64,000 nucleotides of DNA from an uncultured Chloroflexia bacterium (GCA_963734935.1 CAVTIO010000004.1:200263-264262), one strand, 5' to 3'. Positions 37,035 to 46,103 are shown, counted from the stretch's first letter. Translations and numbers: made by a program. The notes: generated by a model from the letters alone, not told the origin.

Positions 37035-38228
37035 ATGTCACGTACCTACGCTGAACTCCTCCGCGAAGCCCGGACCGAGGTCCCGGAGATCGAGCCCGCC
37101 GAGACGGATGCCCTCCGCCAGCGAGGCGAGGTCTCCCTGATCGACGTCCGCGAGACCGACGAGTGGGACCAGGGCTACATCCCCGGTGCCAGCCACGTCT
37201 CACGCAGCTACCTCGAGCAGCAGATCGACGCTGCCGTACCGGATCGCGACGCGCCCGTGGTGCTCTACTGTGCCGGCGGCATCCGCTCGCTGTTCGCGGG
37301 CCAGGTGATGCGCGCCATGGGCTACACGAACATCCGCTCGATGAGCGGCGGGTTCCAGGCCTGGAAGGGCCAGGGGCTCGAGTGGACGCAACCGCCGCAC
37401 CTGACGGATCAGCAGAAGCAGCGGTACAGCCGCCACCTGCTGATCCCCGAGGTCGGGTCCGACGGCCAGGCGAAGCTGCTCGCATCGAAGGTGCTGCTGA
37501 TCGGCGCCGGCGGCCTGGGCTCTCCGGCCGCGCTGTACCTTGCGGCCGCCGGCGTGGGCACGATCGGGATCGTGGATTTCGACGTCGTTGACCTCTCGAA
37601 CCTCCAGCGCCAGGTGATCCACACCAACGATCGTGTGGGCGAGAAGAAGACCGAGTCAGCGCGGCGGACCCTGACCGCGCTCAACCCGGACGTGACCGTG
37701 GTGGCGCACGAGGAGATGCTGGTCGCGGACAACGTCGAGCGGCTGATCGAGGGCTATGACGTCATCCTCGACGGGACCGACACGTTCGAGACGCGCTACA
37801 CGCTCAACGACGCTGCCGTCGCGGCCGGCATCCCCGTCGTGCACGCGTCGGTGTTCCGGTTCGAGGGCCAGCTGACCACGTTCGTGCCGTATGAAGGCCC
37901 CTGCTACCGCTGCCTGTACCCGACGCCGCCGCCGCCCGAGCTTGCCCCAGGCTGCTCGGTGGCCGGTGTCCTGGGCGTCGTGCCCGGGATCATGGGGCTG
38001 CTCCAGGCAAACGAGGTGCTCAAGCTGCTGCTCGGGATCGGCGACACGCTCGCCGGGCGGCTGCTGCTGTTCGACGCCCTGTCGACGGAGTTCACTGAGC
38101 TCCGCCTGCGACGGGACCCGGAGTGCCCGGCGTGCTCCGATACGGCACGGGCCGCTCGAGCGGCAGGGACGCCGCTGCCGGTGCCTGCGGTGACCGACGG
38201 CGTCTTCACCCTGGGGGCCGCCCGATGA
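37035..38228 (+). CDS. MoeZ/MoeB-like sulfur-carrier-protein adenylyltransferase with N-terminal rhodanese domain
   Basis: Internal ATG MSRTYAEL at 37035. The first 130 aa form a rhodanese domain with the active loop CAGGIRS. Residues 135-397 form a ThiF/MoeB E1 domain (LLIGAGGLGSPAALYLAAAGVGTIGIVDFDVVDLSNLQRQ) with Zn CxxC...CxxC (CYRC, CPAC). ATGA overlap with the carrier-protein gene. Confidence 0.75.
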   Translation: MSRTYAELLREARTEVPEIEPAETDALRQRGEVSLIDVRETDEWDQGYIPGASHVSRSYLEQQIDAAVPDRDAPVVLYCAGGIRSLFAGQVMRAMGYTNIRSMSGGFQAWKGQGLEWTQPPHLTDQQKQRYSRHLLIPEVGSDGQAKLLASKVLLIGAGGLGSPAALYLAAAGVGTIGIVDFDVVDLSNLQRQVIHTNDRVGEKKTESARRTLTALNPDVTVVAHEEMLVADNVERLIEGYDVILDGTDTFETRYTLNDAAVAAGIPVVHASVFRFEGQLTTFVPYEGPCYRCLYPTPPPPELAPGCSVAGVLGVVPGIMGLLQANEVLKLLLGIGDTLAGRLLLFDALSTEFTELRLRRDPECPACSDTARAARAAGTPLPVPAVTDGVFTLGAAR

Positions 38229-38512
38229 GCACTGTCAAGTTCCCGGCGGTGCTGCGCGCGAACGTGGGAGGCGCCCGCGAGGTGGAGGTGGATGGCACGA
38301 CGATCGGGCAGGTACTCGATTCGCTGGCCGGCACCTACCCGGCGCTGCGCGACCAGCTGTTCACCCCCGATGGTGAGCTCAACCGTTTCATCAACATCTA
38401 CGTCAACGGTCAGGACGTCCGATATCTCGACGGCCGTGCGACCCCGGTCGTCGAGCACGACGAGGTTCGGCTGCTCCCGGCGATGGCCGGTGGAGCGGGC
38501 GGTCCGACATGA
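38225..38512 (+). CDS. ThiS/MoaD-family sulfur carrier protein (CysO-like) with C-terminal extension past Gly-Gly
   Basis: 95 aa. Ubiquitin-like beta-grasp size. C-terminus ...RLLPAMAGGAGGPT has two GG pairs that are not terminal. Coupled by ATGA overlaps to the upstream E1 and the downstream cysteine synthase. Confidence 0.65.
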   Translation: MSTVKFPAVLRANVGGAREVEVDGTTIGQVLDSLAGTYPALRDQLFTPDGELNRFINIYVNGQDVRYLDGRATPVVEHDEVRLLPAMAGGAGGPT

Positions 38513-39504
38513 CCGGAACCGTCAGCCTCCACGGGCTGGCGCACGAGGCCGATGAACGCCACGGCGGACGCTACGAGTCGATCCTCGACGCTGTCGGGCA
38601 CACGCCGCTGGTCGCGATCCCGCGGATGAGCCCCAACCCCGCCGTCCGGCTGTACGCGAAGCTCGAGATGTACAACCCGACGGGCTCGGTCAAGGACCGC
38701 GTCGCGAAGTACCTGGTCGAGGATCTCGAGCGGCGCGGGCTGCTCGCCCACGACTCGATCATCCTCGAGCCGACATCGGGCAACACGGGGATCGCCCTCG
38801 CGATGATCGGTCGTCGCAGGGGATACCGGGTGGCGCTCGTGATGCCCGACAACGTGACCGCCGAGCGGCGCCAGGTCGCCGCCCTGTTTGGCGCCGAGAT
38901 CATCGACTCGCCCGGTAGCCAGGGCTCCAACGGCGCGATCGCGCTGGCCAAGGAGCTGGCAGCCCGCGATCCGCGGTTCGTGATGCCCTACCAGTACGGG
39001 AACCCGGCCAACCCGCTCGCGCACTACGAGACGACAGGACCGGAGATCCTCGCCGACTGCCCGGAGATCGACGTATTCGTCGCGGGCCTCGGAACGTCGG
39101 GGACGCTGATGGGCACGGGGCGCTATCTGCGCGAGCACAAGCCGGACGTGCGGATCGTCGCCGCTGAGCCACTCCCCGGTGAGAACGTGCAGGGTCTGCG
39201 ATCGCTCGAGGAAGGCTTCGTGCCCGAGATCCTCGACCCAGACATGCTCGACGCGAAGTACCTGGTCTCGAACCGTGACGCCGTCGAGGCGCTGCGGGAT
39301 CTCGTGTTCCGTGAGGGAGTGTTCGCGGGGCCATCGTGCGGTGCCGTGCTCGTGGCGGCCGCGCGCGAGGCACAACGGATGAGCGGCGGGACGATCGTGG
39401 CTCTCCTCCCGGATGGCGGCTGGAAGTACCTCTCGGCCGGCACCTTCGAGCGGGACCTCGACGAGATGGAGGCCGACTTCGAGGGCGGGGTCAACTGGTG
39501 GTGA
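38509..39504 (+). CDS. cysM: PLP-dependent cysteine synthase, CysM (carrier-protein-dependent) type
   Basis: 331 aa. PLP-lysine motif NPTGSVKDR, the TSGNTG loop, and the glycine-rich loop GLGTSGTLMG. Confidence 0.75.
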   Translation: MTGTVSLHGLAHEADERHGGRYESILDAVGHTPLVAIPRMSPNPAVRLYAKLEMYNPTGSVKDRVAKYLVEDLERRGLLAHDSIILEPTSGNTGIALAMIGRRRGYRVALVMPDNVTAERRQVAALFGAEIIDSPGSQGSNGAIALAKELAARDPRFVMPYQYGNPANPLAHYETTGPEILADCPEIDVFVAGLGTSGTLMGTGRYLREHKPDVRIVAAEPLPGENVQGLRSLEEGFVPEILDPDMLDAKYLVSNRDAVEALRDLVFREGVFAGPSCGAVLVAAAREAQRMSGGTIVALLPDGGWKYLSAGTFERDLDEMEADFEGGVNWW

Positions 39505-39968
39505 CCGAGGGGTCGGAGCCGACCCACCCAGGCCCGGCCCGCGTCCGGCTTCCGCACGAGATGGCGGACGCGATCGTGGCGCAGGCTGAAGCCGAGTACC
39601 CAAACGAGGCCTGCGGGATCGTCATCGGTACCGGGCCCGCCGCGGATGGCGGCACGGCCCGCCGCTATGTTGCGTGTCGGAACGTGGCGGCGTCGCCATA
39701 TCGCTATGCGATCGACAGCCAGGAGGCCCTGCGCCTCTCGATCGAGGCCGATGACGCCGGCGAGGAGTTCTGGGCCATCGTCCACTCGCACGTCCGGTCG
39801 CCGGCCGTCCCATCGCCGACCGACGTCGGCCTCGCCTTCTGGCCCGACGCCCTGTACATCCTCGTGTCCCTCGCCGACGACCAGGCGTCGCCGCTGGGGG
39901 AGCGTTCCCTGCGTGCGTGGCGCATCCGTGACGGGGTCTCGTTCGAGGTGGCGGTCGAGCTCGCATGA
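39501..39968 (+). CDS. Mov34/MPN/JAMM-family metalloprotease (Mec-like)
   Basis: GTG start overlaps the cysM stop. JAMM motif EACGIV ... HSHVRSPAVPSPTD (H-x-H-x7-S-x2-D). About 155 aa. Confidence 0.7.
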   Translation: MTEGSEPTHPGPARVRLPHEMADAIVAQAEAEYPNEACGIVIGTGPAADGGTARRYVACRNVAASPYRYAIDSQEALRLSIEADDAGEEFWAIVHSHVRSPAVPSPTDVGLAFWPDALYILVSLADDQASPLGERSLRAWRIRDGVSFEVAVELA

Positions 39969-40396
39969 CCGCCCGGCCCGACGACGTGGATCGCGGTCGG
40001 GTCGCGTGGCTGCTCGCGGGCGCCGGGGCGGTCCTTGCTGGCACGCTCCTCGGCTGGAGCGGCGGGCTGCTCGAGGCCATCGCCACACCGCCCGCTCTCG
40101 TGCGAGCGGCACTTGTCGCCGCCAGCACCCTCGTCGGTCTTGCGCTGCTCCGAGAGTCCGTCCGCCGAATCTCCGATGGTCGGCGCGTGCCCACGTCCGA
40201 GATGACCGGGCGAGATGTGGCGCTCATCATCCGCGCGGTGAGGCTCGTGTTCCTGTCCGTTGCCGCCTTCGCGGCCGCTGCGGGCTGGCTCGTGGGGCAC
40301 CCGCTGCCGTTCGTCGTGGCTCTCGTCATCGCCGGCATCGACATCCTCGAGACGTCGCTGCTGCTGCTGGTGGTCACGCTCAGGCGGGAGGGTTGA
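39965..40396 (+). CDS. hypothetical membrane protein (last gene of the sulfur operon)
   Basis: 143 aa with four hydrophobic helices. ATGA overlap with the mec-like gene. Confidence 0.4.
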   Translation: MTARPDDVDRGRVAWLLAGAGAVLAGTLLGWSGGLLEAIATPPALVRAALVAASTLVGLALLRESVRRISDGRRVPTSEMTGRDVALIIRAVRLVFLSVAAFAAAAGWLVGHPLPFVVALVIAGIDILETSLLLLVVTLRREG

Positions 40397-40406
40397 GCAG
40401 CCCCCG

Positions 40407-40480
40407 GCGGGGCCATCGGCGTCGGGCAGGCCCATCGACGCGCGGCAGCCCAATCGACGTCGGCAGGCCCATCAGCCTCG
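40407..40480. repeat. imperfect tandem repeat, about 18 bp x4 (GGCAGGCCCATCGACGNC)
   Basis: Copies ggggccatcggcgtc / gggcaggcccatcgacgcgc / ggcagcccaatcgacgtc / ggcaggcccatcagcctc lie directly downstream of the operon's last stop codon. Confidence 0.5.
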
Positions 40481-40614
40481 GGCGGTCTGACCTTCATCCT
40501 TCACGCACATCGCCAGAGTTCACTGCTGTTCGTGATGACAATCTGGGCATCATTGCCGGGCGCAGCGGCGTGAGCTGCGGATTCGCTGGGCATCACAGGA
40601 TGGATGTTGGGCCA

Positions 40615-40926
40615 TCAACACGCGCCGCCTCGGTAAGCGTGCTCGTCTTCCGACAGCGAGGTGGCTGGACCGTAGCCGGCTCGGCCCCGGACGGGCGGCG
40701 GTTGGATGGGACCCATGATGTTCTCGCGGCCGAGGCCATCCAACGTGATGATGAGGCGGGCGAGGCGGCGCGACCCACAGCCTTGGAGCCCACGCTCGAC
40801 ACGTGAGATACCCGCCTGGTTGACGCCAGCGCGAGCCGCAAGCGTCCTCTGGGACACGCCGACCTCACGCCTCCATCGCGCCAGCCAGCTCCCCACGAGT
40901 CGCAGCTCGGCATCTCGATCCTGCAT
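40615..40926 (-). CDS. XRE-family (Cro/C1-type HTH) transcriptional regulator
   Basis: 103 aa. Classic HTH_XRE VGVSQRTLAARAGVNQAGISRVERG. The only plausible CDS inside the 930-bp repeat island. Confidence 0.6.
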   Translation of the reverse strand: MQDRDAELRLVGSWLARWRREVGVSQRTLAARAGVNQAGISRVERGLQGCGSRRLARLIITLDGLGRENIMGPIQPPPVRGRAGYGPATSLSEDEHAYRGGAC

Positions 40927-41003
40927 GCCGCCATCCCACCACGAGCCGCATGCCTGCCGCTTACGCGCCCGTCCAGCCCCGGGTCATCCGAGGACGCACC
41001 AAT

Positions 41004-41096
41004 CGTCAACCTGATGCCTGGATTGTCTTCACGCTGCTGCCCGGCCCGCCATGCCAGCCTGCCCGTCGCCAACCTGATGCCTGGATTGTCATCACG
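41004..41096. repeat. 30-bp direct repeat pair (CGYCAACCTGATGCCTGGATTGTCWTCACG), 28/30 identical, 63 bp apart
   Basis: Copies at 41004-41033 and 41067-41096, upstream of the XRE gene start. The second copy forms the right inverted-repeat arm. Confidence 0.55.
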
Positions 41097-41163
41097 GATG
41101 GGAGTGACTGTTCAGGAGGATCCGACTGGTCGCGAGGCGGGCGAAGACAGAGGGTTCGCGAGG

Positions 41164-41241
41164 GAGGACTGATTGTTCGTGACGGAGGACTGATCGTTCG
41201 TGACCGGAAGAGTGATTGTTCGTGACGGAAGAGTGCTTGGC
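41164..41241. repeat. 21-bp tandem repeat x3.7 (GGAGGACTGATTGTTCGTGAC)
   Basis: ggaggactgattgttcgtgac / ggaggactgatcgttcgtgac / cggaagagtgattgttcgtgac / ggaagagtgcttgg, 90-170 bp upstream of the xfp start. Shares the GATTGT(T/C)..CG/GAC core with the inverted-repeat arms. Confidence 0.55.
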
Positions 41242-41330
41242 GCCGAGAGCGTCCCAGTCGCCGGCCAGCTGTTCGCGGATGAAGGTTTAGGCTAGATGCA
41301 CGCCTTCTTCCGCTAGTTCGGAGCCGTGCC

Positions 41331-43823
41331 ATGACGGAGCATTCCTCGACCAACCCGGGCACGCTTGCCACCGGGACACCGGGCGGCGATGCCGGCGCCC
41401 AGGCGACGACCAACCAGGCGGCGACCAACCAGGCGGCGAGCATCAGCGACGCGGCCGCGTCCGGTCCGCTGTCTACGGACGAGCTGCGCCTGATCGACGC
41501 GTACTGGCGCGCCGCCAACTACCTGTCCGTGGGGCAGATCTACCTGCTCGACAACCCGCTGTTGCGCGGCCACCTGGGGCCGCAGCAGGTCAAGCCGCGC
41601 CTGCTCGGCCACTGGGGAACGACGCCTGGGCTCAACCTGATCTACGCGCACATGAACCGGGTGATCCGCGCCTGGGACCTGAACGCGATCTACGTGATCG
41701 GTCCCGGTCATGGCGGACCTGCGATCGTCGCCAACGCGTACCTCGAGGGGACGTACACCGAGATCTACCCGAGCATCACCCGCGACGAAGAGGGGATGCG
41801 CCGGCTGTTCCGGCAGTTCTCGTTCCCGGGCGGCATCCCCAGCCACGTGGCGCCCGAGACACCGGGCTCGATCCACGAGGGCGGGGAGCTCGGTTATGCG
41901 CTGTCGCACGCCTACGGCGCCGCCTTCGACAACCCGGACCTCGTGGTCTGTGCCGTCGTCGGTGACGGTGAGGCCGAGACAGGGCCGCTGGCAACGAGCT
42001 GGCACTCGAACAAGTTCCTCGACCCGGTGCGCGACGGCGCCGTGCTGCCGATCCTCCACCTCAATGGCTACAAGATCGCCAACCCGACGGTCCTGGCGCG
42101 GATCCCGACCGAGGAGCTGGCCGCGCTGATGGAGGGCTACGGGCACAAGCCGTACTTCGTGGAAGGCGATGATCCGGCCTCGGTGCACCAGCAGCTGGCA
42201 GCCACGATGGACGCGGTGATCGCGGACATCCAGGCGATCCAGAAGGCCGCGCGCGAGGGCGGTGTGACGGAGCGGCCGCAGTGGCCGATGATCGTGCTCC
42301 GAACGCCGAAGGGCTGGACAGGGCCAAAGGAGGTCGATGGTCTGCCGGTCGAGGGGACGTGGCGCGCGCACCAGGTTCCGATGGCCGAGGTTCGAACCAA
42401 CGCGGGGCATCGCGAGATCCTCGAAACCTGGATGCGGAGCTATCGCCCTGACGAGCTGTTCGACGACGCCGGCAGGTTGATGCCCGAGCTGGCCGACCTG
42501 CCACCCAGGGCCTACCGACGGATGAGCGCGAACCCGGTTGCGAACGGCGGCGAGCTGCTGCGGGACCTCGTTCTGCCTGACTTCCGCGACTACGCAGTCG
42601 ACGTTCCGGCGCCGGGCGCCACGACCTCCGAGGCAACCCGCGTCCTGGGAACGTACCTGCGCGATGTGATGACGGCCAACGCCGAGACCTTCCGCGTGTT
42701 CGGGCCGGACGAGACGGTGTCGAACCGCCTGGGTGCCGTGCTCGAGGCGACCGACCGCACATGGATGGCAGAGACCCTCCCCGGCGATGACCACCTGGCG
42801 CCCGATGGCCGGGTGATGGAGGTCCTGTCCGAGCATCAGTGCCAGGGCTGGCTCGAGGGCTACCTGCTGACGGGCCGGCACGGGCTGTTCAACTGCTACG
42901 AGGCGTTCATCCACATCATCGACTCGATGTTCAACCAGCACGCGAAGTGGCTGAAGGTGACCCGCGACCTGCCCTGGCGGCGACCGATCGCATCGCTCAA
43001 CTACGTCCTCTCGTCGCTCGTCTGGCGCCAGGATCACAACGGCTTCAGCCACCAGGACCCGGGCTTCATCGATCACGTCGTCAACAAGAAGGCGGACGTG
43101 ATCCGCGTCTACCTGCCGCCCGATGCGAACACGCTCCTCTCGGTCGGCGACCACTGCCTGCGCAGCCGCCACTACGTGAACGTGATCGTGGCCGGCAAGC
43201 AGCCCGCGCCCAACTGGCTGTCGATGGACGAGGCAATCCTCCATTGCACGCGGGGCATCGGGATCTGGGACTGGGCGAGCACCGACCTGGACGGCGAGCC
43301 CGACGTCGTCATGGCGTGTGCGGGCGACATCCCGACGCTCGAGGCGCTGGCCGCCGCGGACCTCATCCGGCAGCACCTGCCCGATCTCAAGGTGAGGTTC
43401 ATCAACGTCGTCGACCTGATGCGCCTGCAGGACGAGAAGGAGCATCCGCATGGGCTGTCCGGGGCGGAGTTCGACGCGCTGTTCACGACGGACAGGCCGA
43501 TCGTATTCGCCTATCACGGCTATCCCTGGCTGATTCATCGCCTGACGTATCGCCGGACGAACCACGCCAACATGCACGTGCGGGGCTACAAGGAGGAGGG
43601 CACCACAACGACGCCGTTCGACATGGTGATGCTCAACGACCTCGACCGGTACCACCTCGTGATCGACGTGATCGATCGCGTACCGGGGCTCGGACCGAGG
43701 GCCGCCCACGTGCGACAGCTGATGGTGGACAAGCGCATCGAGGCGCGCGCCTACACGCGCCGCGAGGGTGAGGACGCGCCCGAGGTCGCCAACTGGGCGT
43801 GGCCGTCGGCCGTGGCTGGATGA
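41331..43823 (+). CDS. xfp: xylulose-5-phosphate/fructose-6-phosphate phosphoketolase
   Basis: 830 aa. Signatures [25 protein letters not shown], and [15 protein letters not shown] (TPP binding). About 45-aa low-complexity N-terminal extension. Confidence 0.9.
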   Translation: MTEHSSTNPGTLATGTPGGDAGAQATTNQAATNQAASISDAAASGPLSTDELRLIDAYWRAANYLSVGQIYLLDNPLLRGHLGPQQVKPRLLGHWGTTPGLNLIYAHMNRVIRAWDLNAIYVIGPGHGGPAIVANAYLEGTYTEIYPSITRDEEGMRRLFRQFSFPGGIPSHVAPETPGSIHEGGELGYALSHAYGAAFDNPDLVVCAVVGDGEAETGPLATSWHSNKFLDPVRDGAVLPILHLNGYKIANPTVLARIPTEELAALMEGYGHKPYFVEGDDPASVHQQLAATMDAVIADIQAIQKAAREGGVTERPQWPMIVLRTPKGWTGPKEVDGLPVEGTWRAHQVPMAEVRTNAGHREILETWMRSYRPDELFDDAGRLMPELADLPPRAYRRMSANPVANGGELLRDLVLPDFRDYAVDVPAPGATTSEATRVLGTYLRDVMTANAETFRVFGPDETVSNRLGAVLEATDRTWMAETLPGDDHLAPDGRVMEVLSEHQCQGWLEGYLLTGRHGLFNCYEAFIHIIDSMFNQHAKWLKVTRDLPWRRPIASLNYVLSSLVWRQDHNGFSHQDPGFIDHVVNKKADVIRVYLPPDANTLLSVGDHCLRSRHYVNVIVAGKQPAPNWLSMDEAILHCTRGIGIWDWASTDLDGEPDVVMACAGDIPTLEALAAADLIRQHLPDLKVRFINVVDLMRLQDEKEHPHGLSGAEFDALFTTDRPIVFAYHGYPWLIHRLTYRRTNHANMHVRGYKEEGTTTTPFDMVMLNDLDRYHLVIDVIDRVPGLGPRAAHVRQLMVDKRIEARAYTRREGEDAPEVANWAWPSAVAG

Positions 43824-44962
43824 CCGCAGCCGGGGTGGGGGCCCCGACCATCGCACGACTCGATCGGGTCCTCGTCGTCAACGCTGGCTCGAGCTCGCTC
43901 AAGCTGCGCGTGCTCGATGGGGTGGGTGACATTGTGGCCTCCGCGGACCTCGGCGCGGTCCGCAACGCCGGCGACTCGGCGCAGGTCGCGGACGCGGTGG
44001 CCGATTTCGGGAGGATCGATGCGATCGGGCACCGGATCGTTCACGGCGGCACGACGTTTCGGGGGCCGGTGCGCATCGACACTGAGGTCATCGCGCGGAT
44101 CACCGCCCTGACCGACCTCGCACCGCTTCACCAGCCCAAGTCTCTGGCCGCGCTTGAGGCGGTGACGTCGGTGCTGCCCGACGTCCCGGCGGTTGCCTGC
44201 TTCGACACGGCATTCCACGCCACGCTGCCCGCCGCGGCATCGACCTACGCGCTGCCGGCACCCTGGCGAAGCCGATGGGACCTGCGGCGCTTCGGGTTTC
44301 ACGGCCTGTCGCATGCCTACGCGGCCCGGCGCGCCGCCGAGCTGCTGGGGATCCCGGATCAGGGGCTGCGCCTGGTCACGTGCCACCTGGGCGCTGGCGC
44401 CTCGCTGGCGGCGGTGCGCGACGGACGATCGGTCGACACGACGATGGGGTTCACGCCCCTCGAGGGCCTGGTGATGGCCACTCGCTCGGGGAGCGTGGAT
44501 CCCGGCCTCGTGCTGTGGCTTGCGGAGCACGTCGGCATGCCGCCCGCCGAGCTGGCAGCCACGCTCGAGCGCCGGTCGGGGCTGCTTGGCCTCGCCGGCA
44601 CCGCGGACATGCGCGCCATTCTCGACCGGGCCGGCACCGGCGATGCGGATGCGACGCTCGCGCTCGAGGTCTACCTGCACCGGCTGCGGGCGTCGATCGC
44701 GGCCATGACTGCATCGCTCGGCGGGCTCGACGCGATCGTGTTCACCGGCGGTGTCGGCGAGCGGTCGGCGGCGATCCGCGAGGCCACCGCACGCGATCTC
44801 GAGTACCTGGGTATCGCGCTCGATCCCGGTCGCAACGAGAACATGGCCGATGCGGGTGATCGCGAGATCGGTCGCGACGGGGCCCGCGTCCGGGCGATCG
44901 TCATCGCCGCGCGCGAGGATCTCGAGATCAGGCGCGAGGTTCAGGCAGTGCTGGCCGCCTGA
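43820..44962 (+). CDS. ackA: acetate kinase
   Basis: ATG at 43820 overlaps the xfp stop (ATGA). [13 protein letters not shown]-terminal motif, plus FHGLSH and the [10 protein letters not shown] regions of the ASKHA fold. Confidence 0.85.
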   Translation: MTAAGVGAPTIARLDRVLVVNAGSSSLKLRVLDGVGDIVASADLGAVRNAGDSAQVADAVADFGRIDAIGHRIVHGGTTFRGPVRIDTEVIARITALTDLAPLHQPKSLAALEAVTSVLPDVPAVACFDTAFHATLPAAASTYALPAPWRSRWDLRRFGFHGLSHAYAARRAAELLGIPDQGLRLVTCHLGAGASLAAVRDGRSVDTTMGFTPLEGLVMATRSGSVDPGLVLWLAEHVGMPPAELAATLERRSGLLGLAGTADMRAILDRAGTGDADATLALEVYLHRLRASIAAMTASLGGLDAIVFTGGVGERSAAIREATARDLEYLGIALDPGRNENMADAGDREIGRDGARVRAIVIAAREDLEIRREVQAVLAA

Positions 44963-45865
44963 TCAGAGGCGCTCGCGTGTGATGAGCACGGAGCATGGTG
45001 CGTGGACGAGCACGTTGCGCGCGACGCTCCCCAGCAGCAGGCGCGCGAGTCCGGTGTGCCCGCGTGTGCCGACGATGATGGTCCCGGTCCGGCGCTCCGT
45101 GGCAAACCGCACCAGCTCGGCCGCAGGATCGCCCTCGAGCATGACGGGGTCGGTGGTGAGCCCCGCGATCGCGAGGCGTCCGGCCGCGCTGTTGGCCTCG
45201 AGCCGGACGGAGTCGCGCGCATCGTCGACCGACCGTGTGTAGGAGTCGAGGACCTGGTCGTACAGGCCGGGGGTGAATGCGGCGGCCACGGGCACCGCGA
45301 CCTCACCGACCGTGACGACGCTGACGTGCTGGCCGGCGAAGATCGGCCACTCGGTGAGCAGCGTCTCGGCGCACCGCGCGGACGACGATCCATCGTCGGC
45401 AAACGCGATCGGCCCGAGATGGGTGTCGCGAGCCACGAGGACGGGGCACGGTGCGTGGTCCACGACCTCGGCCGCGGTGCTGCCAAGGAGCATCGTGGAA
45501 ATCGTCCCGTGACCGCGACTGCCGACCACGATGACGTCTGCTTCCATGCCCCTCGCCTCGTCCACGATCGCGCTCGCGGCACGACCACGGAGCAGATACC
45601 CCTCGACGCTGATGCCCGGTCGGTCCAGCGCGCGCTCGGCACGCTCCAGGACCTCCCGCATGTGACGGACGTCGGCCGGGTCGTCCGTCCCCACGAGGAC
45701 GCCGGGATCGGCCCCGTTCGCCCAGGCCAGCGACATGACATCGAGGTGCCGCTGCCGGGCGCCGACGACCCGGATCAGCGAGTCGTTGGGCAGGGCGAGG
45801 GTGGATACGAGGTCCGTGGCACGGTCGCTGCAGGCTGAGCCATCGATCGCCAGCAAGATACGCAT
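44963..45865 (-). CDS. universal stress protein, tandem UspA domains
   Basis: Internal start MRILLAIDGS at 45865 gives 300 aa with two Usp domains, each with ATP-binding-type G-x2-G-x9-G(S/T) segments (VVGSRGHGTISTMLLGSTA; IVGTRGHTGLARLLLGSVA). The upstream part of the track frame is translation of the tandem repeat. Confidence 0.75.
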   Translation of the reverse strand: MRILLAIDGSACSDRATDLVSTLALPNDSLIRVVGARQRHLDVMSLAWANGADPGVLVGTDDPADVRHMREVLERAERALDRPGISVEGYLLRGRAASAIVDEARGMEADVIVVGSRGHGTISTMLLGSTAAEVVDHAPCPVLVARDTHLGPIAFADDGSSSARCAETLLTEWPIFAGQHVSVVTVGEVAVPVAAAFTPGLYDQVLDSYTRSVDDARDSVRLEANSAAGRLAIAGLTTDPVMLEGDPAAELVRFATERRTGTIIVGTRGHTGLARLLLGSVARNVLVHAPCSVLITRERL

Positions 45866-45983
45866 CGGCACACCTCCGATCGAGGACATGGTCCGGCCGC
45901 CAGCCGCCAGCAGGACCGGCCGAACGTCCCGATCGGATCCGCCGTTCCGCCCGGCGCCGGCGCAGCCGCTGGGACCGGTATGC

Positions 45984-46103
45984 CCCGGTGTTGCCCTGAC
46001 GCACCCCGGTGTTGCCCTGACGCACCCCGGTGTTGCCTGACGCACCCCGGTGATGCCGGCACGCACCCGTGTCATGCTGGCACGCACCCCGGTGATGCCC
46101 AGA
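45984..46103. repeat. 21-bp tandem repeat array, about 6 copies (CCCCGGTGTTGCCCTGACGCA and variants)
   Basis: Three nearly identical units, then three degenerating units (ccccggtgatgccggcacgca, cccgtgtcatgctggcacgca, ccccggtgatgcccag). Lies between the nucleoside hydrolase stop and the USP start, in the USP promoter region. Confidence 0.6.

Larger units (their letters stand above)
40528..41096. repeat. 566-bp segment bounded by 13-bp perfect inverted repeats CGTGATGACAATC ... GATTGTCATCACG
   Basis: Left arm at 40531-40543 and right arm at 41084-41096 are exact reverse complements. The segment holds the XRE gene and a 30-bp direct repeat pair. Confidence 0.5.

Noticed and set aside
40407-41241. 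Possibility that the repeat clusters are a CRISPR array.
   Set aside because: The units are contiguous or irregularly spaced, at 18, 21 and 30 bp. There are no uniform spacers of 30-40 bp and no cas genes. These are tandem or dispersed repeats, not CRISPR.
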